A stretch of 29,845 bases of DNA. Source: Fimbriimonadales bacterium. Its GTDB lineage: Bacteria; Armatimonadota; Fimbriimonadia; Fimbriimonadales; Fimbriimonadaceae. Under the pieces are notes generated by a model. It was not told the DNA's origin. It made no database searches and worked only from the letters and a program-made list of their open reading frames with translations. The stretch covers positions 1 through 29,845 of the forward strand of contig JBBQMJ010000001.1 in NCBI GenBank assembly GCA_038328815.1, written 5' to 3'. Shown here in pieces: positions 8,192-16,359 of the stretch. How positions within the stretch are numbered: position 1 is the first letter of the stretch; every line of letters starts with the position of its first letter. Position numbers and translations under genes: made by a program.

Positions 8192-10135
8192 TCAGACGCT
8201 AGAGTATTCACGGCGGTCAAACACCAAATCGCTTGCGATCTTCCAAATCTCGGGATCAATCCGGTTCTCCGGCTCGATCTTCGAGAAGTGAACGATGGCG
8301 CTTGTTAAACCTGCTTCTCTCGCGTAATGGAGGAAGACGGAATTCAATACTTGCCGCGTCGCGGGCTTTAAGCCGAAGCTCACGTTCGATACGCCAAGGA
8401 TCGTGTTCACTCGGGGATGGCGGCGGCGAATTTCTTCAATCGCCTTGATGGTTTCTTCAGCCGACTGCCTGAATTCTTCCTGCCCCCCGCCGAGAGTAAA
8501 GGTCAACGCGTCGATAAAAACATCGTGGTCTGGGAGGCCATAGTGACGGGTTCTTGCCAACAACCGATCTGCGATTTCCGCTTTCTTTTCCCAATCCTTT
8601 GCCATCCCGTCCTCATCGATAGTAAGGGCGACTATGGCCGCGCCATATTTCTGGCAAAGTGCCAGGACGCGCTCGGTTCTTTCACCTCCATCTTCGAAGT
8701 TGATCGAATTGACAATTGGCTTCCCTGCCACCATCTTGAGAGACTTTTCGATCACCGGCCACTCGGTTGAGTCAATCATTAGCGGCACGGTTACGTGCCG
8801 GTTGTAGTAGGACAGCAGCGTCTTCATATCGCGCGCCTCGTCTCGTCCCACGTAGGCGGTACAAACATCCAAGACATGGGATCCTTCCCCTTCCAGTTCT
8901 CTGGCAAGTTCGGTCAGACCCTCCCAGTTCTCCTTTGCGAGCATGTCCTTGAAAGCGCGGGAGCCGTTGGCGTTAGTCTTCTCTCCGACGATCAGGAAGC
9001 TGGCGTCTTGTTTGTAGGGTTGGAACTGATACAAAGAGGAACAGCCAACAAGGCTAAGCGCGCCCGCTTGCTCATCTGTCCTCATCTCAAAGTCGAATCC
9101 AGCGAACTTGGCTCGTTGCTGAATCCAATGTGCAGGTGCGGTATGGGGTCTCCCGCCGACAGCTTCAGCGATCGCTTTCGTGTGCTCGGGTGTCGTGCCA
9201 CAACAGCCGCCAGCCATAGCTACCCCATGTTGAGAGACAAAGCGGTCGTGGTGCTGCGCAAGTTCTTGAGGCGTCAGTTTATAGACCGCTTTGCCGCCTT
9301 CCATCATGGGAAGGCCCGCATTCGGTTGAACGGCAAGTGGACGGGTGCTGTTGTGGCCCAAGAATTGGACGTGAGAACCCATTTCCACCGGCCCAGTCGC
9401 GCAATTGAGCCCAAATGCCTTAACCGATGGGAAGGCCTCAATCATGTTAAGCGCAGCGCCGATCTCGCTGCCAAGCAGCATGGTGCCGGTTTGCTCCATC
9501 GTCACCTGGACGAAAATAGGCACATGAATTTCCGTCTCTGCCATCGCTCTATTCGCCGCAACGATGCCAGCCTTCACCATAAGGAGGTCTTGGAGTGTTT
9601 CCAGCAGCAGGGCGTCTGAACCACCTTCTAGAAGAGCTTTGAAGGAGGTGAAGTACGTCGATTCTAGTTCGTCCCATGTCGTCTGGCTAAGGCTGACCAG
9701 CTTTGTGCCGGGACCTATCGCGCCTACGACGAACCTTGGCTTTTCGGTTGTTGAAGCTGCATCCGCGGCCTTTCGCGCAACCTGCGCTGCAGCTAGGGAT
9801 ATGTCGTACACAAGTTCAGGGATCTCATACTCGGCGAGCACAATCGATGTTGAACCGAAGGTCCCTGTCTCGATAAGATCGGCGCCGGCGTTCAAGTAGT
9901 TGGTATGAATCTGCTCAATCACGTCCGGGCGGGTAAGAAGCAAGATTTCGTTGCAGCCATCAAGAAGCTTCCCGTCCAGGCGCTGTGCTGCCGCCCGGGC
10001 AACACGGGAAAGGCCTGAAATATCGCGAAGCACAAAGTCGTCCTGAGACAGCTCGGCCGCCTGGATTTGCGTACCCATCGCGCCGTCGTAAATCAACACC
10101 CGCTCTGAAAGCGCTTCGAGGAGTCTGGACTGCAT
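8192..10135 (-). CDS. metH: Cobalamin-dependent methionine synthase, N-terminal half only (homocysteine-binding plus pterin-binding domains)
   Basis: DGAMGT, GLNCATGP and GGCCGTTPEH (Zn-Hcy domain); IVGEKTNANGS, LDVC, LMIDST, NSINFEDG and LGVSNVSFG (pterin domain). The protein ends at DLVFDRREYSSV* with no DxHxxG cobalamin motif. Confidence 0.92.
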   Translation of the reverse strand: MQSRLLEALSERVLIYDGAMGTQIQAAELSQDDFVLRDISGLSRVARAAAQRLDGKLLDGCNEILLLTRPDVIEQIHTNYLNAGADLIETGTFGSTSIVLAEYEIPELVYDISLAAAQVARKAADAASTTEKPRFVVGAIGPGTKLVSLSQTTWDELESTYFTSFKALLEGGSDALLLETLQDLLMVKAGIVAANRAMAETEIHVPIFVQVTMEQTGTMLLGSEIGAALNMIEAFPSVKAFGLNCATGPVEMGSHVQFLGHNSTRPLAVQPNAGLPMMEGGKAVYKLTPQELAQHHDRFVSQHGVAMAGGCCGTTPEHTKAIAEAVGGRPHTAPAHWIQQRAKFAGFDFEMRTDEQAGALSLVGCSSLYQFQPYKQDASFLIVGEKTNANGSRAFKDMLAKENWEGLTELARELEGEGSHVLDVCTAYVGRDEARDMKTLLSYYNRHVTVPLMIDSTEWPVIEKSLKMVAGKPIVNSINFEDGGERTERVLALCQKYGAAIVALTIDEDGMAKDWEKKAEIADRLLARTRHYGLPDHDVFIDALTFTLGGGQEEFRQSAEETIKAIEEIRRRHPRVNTILGVSNVSFGLKPATRQVLNSVFLHYAREAGLTSAIVHFSKIEPENRIDPEIWKIASDLVFDRREYSSV

Positions 10136-10141
10136 ATTCTA

Positions 10142-10147
10142 ATGTTA
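10142..10147 (-). promoter_or_regulatory. Putative -10 element TAACAT, 6 nt before the metH ATG
   Basis: The minus strand reads gcTAACATtagaatATG, with no SD. Confidence 0.5.
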
Positions 10148-10384
10148 GCCCCTTCGGTCCTATGAATCAGCATGCCTTTGAATCTGAGCGTCGCTCGTTA
10201 GGCGGTTTCTCTTGTTGGCAAAAGAATGAATGGTTGAAACCAAAAAATGATGAACTCGATGATCCTAGCATTTGAACCATCAGTAAGCCTGCCGGAGTTT
10301 GATTTACCCAGCATTGATCACTGCTAATAAGCTTCCCGGTCAGGGCAAAACCTAGGCGCAAGTGTGCTTCGGGAGAGGAAGTAA

Positions 10385-10483
10385 ATGAGCTTTAATACGA
10401 TGTTGATTGCTACAACTTTGGCCGCCTTGGCGGGTGCATATGGTCTGTTAAGGGACGCGATACGAGGTAACTCTCGGCCGTAG
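10385..10483 (+). CDS. Candidate small single-pass membrane protein (32 aa)
   Basis: MSFNTMLIATTLAALAGAYGLLRDAIRGNSRP*, with SD-like GAGAGGA at 10373-10379, 5 nt before the ATG. Below the track cutoff. Confidence 0.5.
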   Translation: MSFNTMLIATTLAALAGAYGLLRDAIRGNSRP

Positions 10484-10525
10484 GGTTCCGCATTTCTGCT
10501 GGCTTCACGGTATCATCCGCAAGTC

Positions 10526-11047
10526 ATGCAGGAACTCCTCGCTCGCTCGTGCATTCGCGATGTCCCGGACTTTCCCAAGCCCGGCATCATGTTCAAGGAC
10601 ATTACGCCAGTCCTTGAGCACCCAGCCGCATTTAAGCAAGCCTGCGACTTACTTGCTGAAGATGCCAGGGCAAAGGGCGCGGAAGCAATTGTCGGCATAG
10701 AAAGCCGCGGCTTCATCTTTGGCGTTCCCGTTGCCATCAGCCTCGGGCTCCCATTTGTCATGGCCCGAAAGCTCGGCAAGCTTCCCTACGACCGCATTAC
10801 CGAAGAATATGCCCTTGAGTACGGCACGAATACTGTCGAGATGCACGTGGACGCGATCAAGAAGGGGCAGAAGGCGTATGTCGTCGATGATCTTCTGGCC
10901 ACAGGCGGTACGGCGGCTGCCGCGGCGCGGCTTGTTGAGCGTCTTCACGGAAGTGTTTGCGGCTTTGGTTTCCTTATTGAACTTTCATTTCTTGAAGGCC
11001 GGCAAAACCTGCTCGGCTACCCCATTCACGCACTCATGGAATTCTAA
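10526..11047 (+). CDS. apt: Adenine phosphoribosyltransferase
   Basis: IRDVPDFPKPGIMFKDIT, GIESRGFIFG, RKLGKLP, YALEYGT and the PRPP motif VVDDLLATGGT. Confidence 0.98.
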   Translation: MQELLARSCIRDVPDFPKPGIMFKDITPVLEHPAAFKQACDLLAEDARAKGAEAIVGIESRGFIFGVPVAISLGLPFVMARKLGKLPYDRITEEYALEYGTNTVEMHVDAIKKGQKAYVVDDLLATGGTAAAAARLVERLHGSVCGFGFLIELSFLEGRQNLLGYPIHALMEF

Positions 11048-11074
11048 GTGAGTCGCTGAGACGGCTTCACAACC

Positions 11075-11992
11075 ATGCCTGCCCAGCTAAAGACCAGCCA
11101 GCCGCTCCTTATCGCTGTCATGGGTACGACGGCTTCCGGGAAAACGCCCCTTGCTGAGGCGCTTGCAGAACGCTTAGGGGCCGGCCTAATCAATGCGGAC
11201 GCGTTCCAGATCTATCGAGGCATGGATATCGGCACCGCGAAGCCTATTCACAAGCATCGATATTCCTTGCTGGACATCAAGAATCCCGATGAAGGTTTTG
11301 GCGTTGGTGAGTGGGTCCAGTTGGCGACTCATGAACTGGAGCTTCTGTGGTCCCAAGGTCGCTCGGCTATTGTCGTTGGCGGCACAGGGCTCTACATTCG
11401 TGCTCTTTTTGAGGAGTTTGATGGGCTCCACCCTGCCCCAGACCCGGAACTACGCGCGGACCTGGAACGCCGCGAGCGCGATGAGGGACTTGCCAACCTT
11501 TTTGCAGAATTGATGGAACGTGATCTGGAAGCGGCAAAGCTCATTGATCCAAAAAATCCTGCTCGAGTCAGGCGCGCCTTAGAGCGCTTGTACTCAAACG
11601 CAGTGCCCATGACGGTCTCGATACCACCATTTATTAGGATTAAATTCGCAATTGATCGCACATTAGAAATGCTGAACGAATCCATAGCGACTCGAACACA
11701 GGATATGATGCAAAATGGTTGGTCACAGGAGGTCACAACCCTCTTGCAAAATGGCTATGTGCCGGAGAACCCTGGCTTTAGGGCCTTGGGTTACCGACAA
11801 GTGTGCAATTATTTGGAGAGAAAATTAGATTTGCAGGAAGCAATCGCGACAACGATCGCGGCCACCCGGCAGTATGCGAAGCGCCAGAGAACTTGGCTAG
11901 CTTCGGAGCCGGGATTGGTAAGGCTGACTGATGGATCTGCGCTCGAAGTTTTTGATCGAGCGATGGGCGTCATAGTCGCCACTTATAGTTAG
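11075..11992 (+). CDS. miaA: tRNA dimethylallyltransferase
   Basis: GTTASGKT P-loop, [27 protein letters not shown] and [11 protein letters not shown]. Adjacent to hfq, as is classical. Confidence 0.97.
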   Translation: MPAQLKTSQPLLIAVMGTTASGKTPLAEALAERLGAGLINADAFQIYRGMDIGTAKPIHKHRYSLLDIKNPDEGFGVGEWVQLATHELELLWSQGRSAIVVGGTGLYIRALFEEFDGLHPAPDPELRADLERRERDEGLANLFAELMERDLEAAKLIDPKNPARVRRALERLYSNAVPMTVSIPPFIRIKFAIDRTLEMLNESIATRTQDMMQNGWSQEVTTLLQNGYVPENPGFRALGYRQVCNYLERKLDLQEAIATTIAATRQYAKRQRTWLASEPGLVRLTDGSALEVFDRAMGVIVATYS

Positions 11993-12005
11993 GAGCGTTA
12001 ACAGG

Positions 12006-12275
12006 ATGGGTAAAGCAATCAATCTACAGGACATGTTCCTGAACCAGGTGCGAAAAGAAGGCATCGGGGTGACAATCTATCTGACAAACAGCGTGCAACT
12101 CCGCGGGCAGGTCCGTGGTTTTGATGCGTTTACAGTGCTGCTGGATGCGCCGGGTAAGCCAACGCAGCTTGTATACAAGCACGCCGTTGCCAGCATTGTT
12201 CCTGCAAAACCTGTAGGTCAAGGACGACAGCACGAGGACGGGACCTCAGACGAATTTCGTAGAGTATCAGAGTGA
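12006..12275 (+). CDS. hfq: RNA chaperone Hfq
   Basis: [13 protein letters not shown]...IYLTN...GFD.FTVLL...[13 protein letters not shown] lies upstream. Confidence 0.97.
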   Translation: MGKAINLQDMFLNQVRKEGIGVTIYLTNSVQLRGQVRGFDAFTVLLDAPGKPTQLVYKHAVASIVPAKPVGQGRQHEDGTSDEFRRVSE

Positions 12276-13093
12276 TCCCTTTTACAAAGATGCAGGGCAT
12301 CGGCAATGACTTTGTCATGGTCGATACTCTGCAAGACGAGTTGCCGGAAATCGACATCGCCTCCCTTGCTAGGGCGATAAACGATAGGCGGTTGGGTGTT
12401 GGCGGCGATGGCCTCATCTTGATGGAAAAGGGCGAGACCGCCCCCTTCAAGATGCGCATGTTCAATCCGGACGGTTCGGAAAGTGAGATGTGCGGCAACG
12501 GCATTCGTTGCTTCGTGCGTCTTCTCAAAGACCATAACCACCTAGCCGCAGACACCGTTTCGGTAGAAACGGGAGCCGGGACGCTCAACCTTGAGCTGAA
12601 ACCGAGCGGACTTGTCACTGTCGACATGGGAATCGCCAGGCTAACTCGAGGCGAAATCGGGATGACCGGCCCATCGGACGAGCGATTTGTCGAACAACCC
12701 GTCGATAGGGGATGGCTCGGAACGGCAGTCTCAATGGGAAATCCCCACCTTGTCGTTTTCCTCGAAGATGTCAAAGCAATTGACTTAAGAGATGCAGGTT
12801 CTAGGCTTGAGAATCTATCTATTTTCACGAACCGGACGAACGTTCATTTCGTGCAGGTGCTGAGCCGCAATTCGCTTCTTCAAAGGACTTGGGAGCGAGG
12901 AGCGGGGGCAACACTCGCATGTGGCACCGGAGCCTGCGCGTGCGCCGTCGCAGCCACTCTCACGGGCCGATCTGACCGTGATGTTGAAGTTCAGCTACCC
13001 GGAGGGTCCCTGCAACTTCGGGTTGCGGAAGATTGGAGGGTCTTTATGACTGGCCCCGCAGAAACCGTATTCGAAGGCGTTTGGCAAGACTAG
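12272..13093 (+). CDS. dapF: Diaminopimelate epimerase
   Basis: [38 protein letters not shown] and [13 protein letters not shown] (both catalytic Cys present). Confidence 0.98.
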   Translation: MIPFTKMQGIGNDFVMVDTLQDELPEIDIASLARAINDRRLGVGGDGLILMEKGETAPFKMRMFNPDGSESEMCGNGIRCFVRLLKDHNHLAADTVSVETGAGTLNLELKPSGLVTVDMGIARLTRGEIGMTGPSDERFVEQPVDRGWLGTAVSMGNPHLVVFLEDVKAIDLRDAGSRLENLSIFTNRTNVHFVQVLSRNSLLQRTWERGAGATLACGTGACACAVAATLTGRSDRDVEVQLPGGSLQLRVAEDWRVFMTGPAETVFEGVWQD

Positions 13094-13108
13094 CTGCCTC
13101 GTAACGTA

Positions 13109-13144
13109 AGAAGCCCTGCTGCGATTTGTCGCGACAGGGCTTCT
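13109..13144. terminator. Probable bidirectional terminator between convergent dapF and the PilZ gene
   Basis: AGAAGCCCTG-N16-CAGGGCTTCT is a perfect 10-bp inverted repeat. Confidence 0.65.
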
Positions 13145-13162
13145 CAAATTTGCTGCGTTTGC

Positions 13163-13786
13163 TTACGCGGCCTGTTCATTCGCAAGGAACGTGTGAAGCA
13201 CGTACCGCGAACTGCCGATGAAATCGATAAACTCGATACCAAATCCTGCTTTCTCGTTCGAAAGGTGTGCAACGACGCCCATCATCCGGATGTTCTCTTC
13301 TGCCGACAGTGCGATCTGCACTTCGACGAGGCTGCCCGGCTCGATAGGGTGATCAAGGGTTACCCAGACTCCGCCAACACTGATATCCTCGGTCTCACCG
13401 ACGAATCGCTCTACACTTGATTCGCCTTCGATTTCGCGAATGGCTCTAAGCTGGACTCCAGCCTTGACACCCTGTCGAGGATAGCGACGGCGATCAACCT
13501 CTTCCCAGAGCTCATCTGAGAGTTGAATGTGCCACTCGCCCTCTTCCACAGCGACCGCAGTAACACCGGCTTCCGCCTTGTAATACTCGTTTCGATCAAA
13601 AAGGATGAGAAGAGCCCGATTGCCTTCGCTAACAAGCTTGGCGTCAGCGCTTGTGACGACAACGCTCAAAGGCGATGTTGATGCGATCGATGCTTTTATT
13701 GCCACAGAACCCTGCTCCGTGTAAAACACCAATCGGATTGGGCTACCGGGCCGAATTCGATTTTTCAAGGCTGCAACGTTATCCAC
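13163..13786 (-). CDS. PilZ-domain protein (putative c-di-GMP receptor, YcgR-like architecture)
   Basis: RRRYPR (RxxxR) and DISVGG (DxSxxG) in the C-terminal domain, ending GFGIEF. GTG start. Confidence 0.88.
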   Translation of the reverse strand: MDNVAALKNRIRPGSPIRLVFYTEQGSVAIKASIASTSPLSVVVTSADAKLVSEGNRALLILFDRNEYYKAEAGVTAVAVEEGEWHIQLSDELWEEVDRRRYPRQGVKAGVQLRAIREIEGESSVERFVGETEDISVGGVWVTLDHPIEPGSLVEVQIALSAEENIRMMGVVAHLSNEKAGFGIEFIDFIGSSRYVLHTFLANEQAA

Positions 13787-13842
13787 AGGAGGATTTTCGG
13801 CAATAACGCGGCATTAATTAGAGGTTATTGGCTTCCTTAACC

Positions 13843-14337
13843 TCAATAATCCAACGGCTTGCGGCTCTTGATCCTCTCAATTTCCCTGCGGGAATCGTCT
13901 TGAGCGATCTTGTCGCGCTTGTCATAACTGCTCTTGCCTCGTGCCAAGGCGACTTCCACCTTAACCCGCCCCTTGCTGCTGAAGTACATCTTCGTGGGGA
14001 TGATAGTAAATCCCTTTTCCAGGGACTTCCTGTTCAACGTCGCAATCTCACGGCCGTGCATCAACAATTTACGATCACGGCGGCGCTCCGGTTGGAAGCT
14101 TGTCGCGTGATCATAGGACTCAATATCCAAGTTGATCAAGAACAGTTCGCTTCCTTTGATCAAGCAGTAAGCGTCTGCCAGATTGGCACGCCCAAGGAAT
14201 ACGCTTTTGACTTCGGAACCGACTAGGACAATGCCAGCCTCGTAGGTCTCGACCAATTCGTAGTCGTACCTTGCTCGTCTGTTTTGTATTTGCCTCGGCG
14301 CTTCCGAGGCTTTGCTTTGTGCCTTCTTCTTCGCCAT
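13843..14337 (-). CDS. smpB: SsrA-binding protein SmpB
   Basis: [31 protein letters not shown] and [12 protein letters not shown]. The start is probably ATG 14337 (track GTG 14346). Confidence 0.98.
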   Translation of the reverse strand: MAKKKAQSKASEAPRQIQNRRARYDYELVETYEAGIVLVGSEVKSVFLGRANLADAYCLIKGSELFLINLDIESYDHATSFQPERRRDRKLLMHGREIATLNRKSLEKGFTIIPTKMYFSSKGRVKVEVALARGKSSYDKRDKIAQDDSRREIERIKSRKPLDY

Positions 14338-14376
14338 GGCCCGCACAGTGTACCAACCGAAGGTAAAGTCAGGCCA
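14338..14376. promoter_or_regulatory. 39-bp divergent promoter region with back-to-back -10 boxes
   Basis: Minus-strand ggTACACT (14347-14352) lies 9 nt before the smpB ATG. Plus-strand ggTAAAGT (14364-14369) lies 7 nt before the FKBP GTG at 14377. Confidence 0.5.
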
Positions 14377-14766
14377 GTGAAGAAGCTTCTGTGTTTGCCA
14401 ATTCTAGTGGCGGTTGTGCTTAGTTTTACTGGCTGCGGCACTCCAACTGTAAAGACAACGGATACCGTGGTGGGTACTGGCGATGTAGCTGTTCCCGGCA
14501 AGACCGTTGGCGTGGAGTACACAGGCAAACTTCGGAACGGAATTACATTTGACACCAACGTGGCCTCCGGGAAGCTCCTCTCTTTCACCCTTGGTAAAGG
14601 CGAGGTCATCAAGGGTTGGGATGACGGTCTGCTTAACATGAAAGTAGGCGGCGAGCGAGATCTTGACATTCCCGCATCCCTCGCATACGGTCCGAATAGT
14701 CCCACCCCATTAATCCCGCCAAATTCCGACTTGCTCTTTCACGTAAAACTTGTCTCCGTTAAATAG
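14377..14766 (+). CDS. FKBP-type PPIase, single domain, predicted lipoprotein
   Basis: Start reassigned to GTG 14377, giving [20 protein letters not shown] (lipobox), followed by [22 protein letters not shown] and GMKVGG-like motifs. Confidence 0.93.
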   Translation: MKKLLCLPILVAVVLSFTGCGTPTVKTTDTVVGTGDVAVPGKTVGVEYTGKLRNGITFDTNVASGKLLSFTLGKGEVIKGWDDGLLNMKVGGERDLDIPASLAYGPNSPTPLIPPNSDLLFHVKLVSVK

Positions 14767-14808
14767 GTCTAAGGCGACCGCTTCGGGCTGGAGGTAAAGT
14801 TAGCGATT

Positions 14809-15612
14809 GTGAAGTGCACCGCTCTAACCTTATCCCTTATTGCCGCTTGTCTCCTGAGCGCAGGATGCTCTGAAAAGCCGAAAGAGCCCATTGCGACCGC
14901 GCCTGTTGCTCCGAAGGCTGACGACAAGCCCACCGGTCCTGCGCTGGCTAAGCTCGATATCAAGGACACAAAAGTTGGTTCGGGGACCGACGTCGCTAAG
15001 CCTGGAGCAACCGTATATGTGACCTACGTTGGCAAGCTTGCAAATGGCGAGGAATTTGACGGCAGTGAGAAGCACAACGGCGATCCTCTCTGCTTCACCC
15101 TGGGCGTAGTGCCGCCTCAAGTCATCAAAGGATGGGACCAGGGCCTCGCGGGAATGAAAGTAGGCGGCGAACGCCATCTAGGGATTCCTGCGAAACTTGC
15201 ATACGCCGATCACCCCCCAGCCGGCATTCCATCAAACGCGGATCTTTTCTTTGATGTAAAGCTGCTGGACGTTATCATGCCTGGAGACCAAGGCACGGTC
15301 ATCACCACCGATATCAAGAAAGGTTCAGGCAAGGCTGCTAAGGACGGCGATACAGTTAGCGTCGACTACACTGGCACCCTGGCAAATGGTGTTAAATTTG
15401 ACTCGTCGAAGGACAGGAATCAGGCCTATAGCTTGAAACTAGGCGCTCACGAGGTTGTTCCTGGCTTTGAATCAGGAATCGTAGGAATGAAACTCGGCGG
15501 CGTGCGAAAGCTCAAAATTCCCCCAGCATTGGGCTACGGTCAGAGTGGTCGGCCAGGTATTCCAAGCAACTCGATTTTATATTTCGTGATTGAACTTCGA
15601 TCGATCAACTAG
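14809..15612 (+). CDS. FKBP-type PPIase with two domains, predicted lipoprotein
   Basis: Lipobox LLSAGC, then two FKBP domains (VIKGWDQGLAGMKVGG; KFDSSKDR...VVPGFESGIVGMKLGG). ggTAAAGT lies 8 nt upstream of the GTG. Confidence 0.95.
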   Translation: MKCTALTLSLIAACLLSAGCSEKPKEPIATAPVAPKADDKPTGPALAKLDIKDTKVGSGTDVAKPGATVYVTYVGKLANGEEFDGSEKHNGDPLCFTLGVVPPQVIKGWDQGLAGMKVGGERHLGIPAKLAYADHPPAGIPSNADLFFDVKLLDVIMPGDQGTVITTDIKKGSGKAAKDGDTVSVDYTGTLANGVKFDSSKDRNQAYSLKLGAHEVVPGFESGIVGMKLGGVRKLKIPPALGYGQSGRPGIPSNSILYFVIELRSIN

Positions 15613-15657
15613 GGCTTCGTGCCTGAGGCGACGTAGCTCCGGTACGATCAATAGATA

Positions 15658-16344
15658 ATGAGACTGAGCACTGCGTTGAAAGTCATTTTCCTCACAGTGT
15701 TTTCGACTCTTGCGCTTAGCGCAAGCGCGCAGGTTACGAGGTCGGGCAGCAAATACCTGATCCGCGTTATGTACAAGAAGGGCTCTACCGTCAGGTACTT
15801 GTCGAAAAGCTCGATGGTCACGGGCCCTAAGAAGACCATGACTGTCAACGTCCCGATGACCTTGAGAGTCCTTAATGTGGTCAAGGGAGTAGCGGACATT
15901 AAGGTGACCGTCGGACCAGTAACTGCAAATGGAGCAGTAATGCAGCCAGCGCGGACCACGCCGGTCGTTAAGGTCGACTCCCTTGGCAGGCCCGTGGACG
16001 GCTCCAGCACACCAATGATGAGTGGGAATTTTCCAGTGAAACCGGTTGGTGTAGGCGAGACTTGGTCATCCAACGTCTCTTTGCAGGGAATGCCAATGAA
16101 GGTAACAATGAATTTCATCTTCCGAGGACTGAAGACGGTAGCCGGCAAGTCCTACGCTGTGGTTGGAATTGCCGTGAATAGCGCGTCCAACACGAGCACT
16201 CTGACCGGCCGAGGAGAGATGAGCGTTGCCGCCGCTGACGGTATTGTCTCCAGCATGAACCTCGCGATGACCATAAAGGTCCCTGCCAGCCAGACCAGTA
16301 ATGGCGGCTCAGTTGCTTTCACAACAACGATGGTCCGCAAGTAG
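15658..16344 (+). CDS. Secreted beta-strand-rich hypothetical protein (DUF6263-like)
   Basis: Signal peptide ending ALSASA-Q and motif FPVKPVGVGETWS. The DUF assignment is from recollection only. Confidence 0.7.
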   Translation: MRLSTALKVIFLTVFSTLALSASAQVTRSGSKYLIRVMYKKGSTVRYLSKSSMVTGPKKTMTVNVPMTLRVLNVVKGVADIKVTVGPVTANGAVMQPARTTPVVKVDSLGRPVDGSSTPMMSGNFPVKPVGVGETWSSNVSLQGMPMKVTMNFIFRGLKTVAGKSYAVVGIAVNSASNTSTLTGRGEMSVAAADGIVSSMNLAMTIKVPASQTSNGGSVAFTTTMVRK

Positions 16345-16359
16345 GGTCTTGGTCGCCAA

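Noticed and set aside
8147-8194. The metH TGA stop is in frame with the downstream FKBP ATG (15 codons apart), suggesting read-through or selenocysteine
   Set aside because: In-frame spacing occurs one time in three by chance. There is no SECIS-like hairpin, the spacer holds the FKBP's own -10 box, and a fusion would bury a signal peptide.
8795-9619. 274-aa antisense ORF inside metH (likewise 12130..12828, 16152..16793, 19294..19824 and 27905..28399)
   Set aside because: These are opposite-strand shadows of well-supported genes, with no recognisable motifs or start signals.
9974-10033. Extra roughly 10-20 residues after DDF in the MetH N-terminus
   Set aside because: This loop is length-variable among MetH proteins, and there are no intein or other element signatures.
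10148-10380. Possible SAM, SAH or cobalamin riboswitch upstream of metH
   Set aside because: No conserved core of these classes was recognisable (only an isolated GGGAAG), and metH appears to be transcribed leaderless from a -10 box 6 nt before its ATG.
13787-14376. tmRNA (ssrA) near smpB
   Set aside because: The flanking intergenic spaces are only 56 and 39 nt, and no tRNA-like ends were seen.
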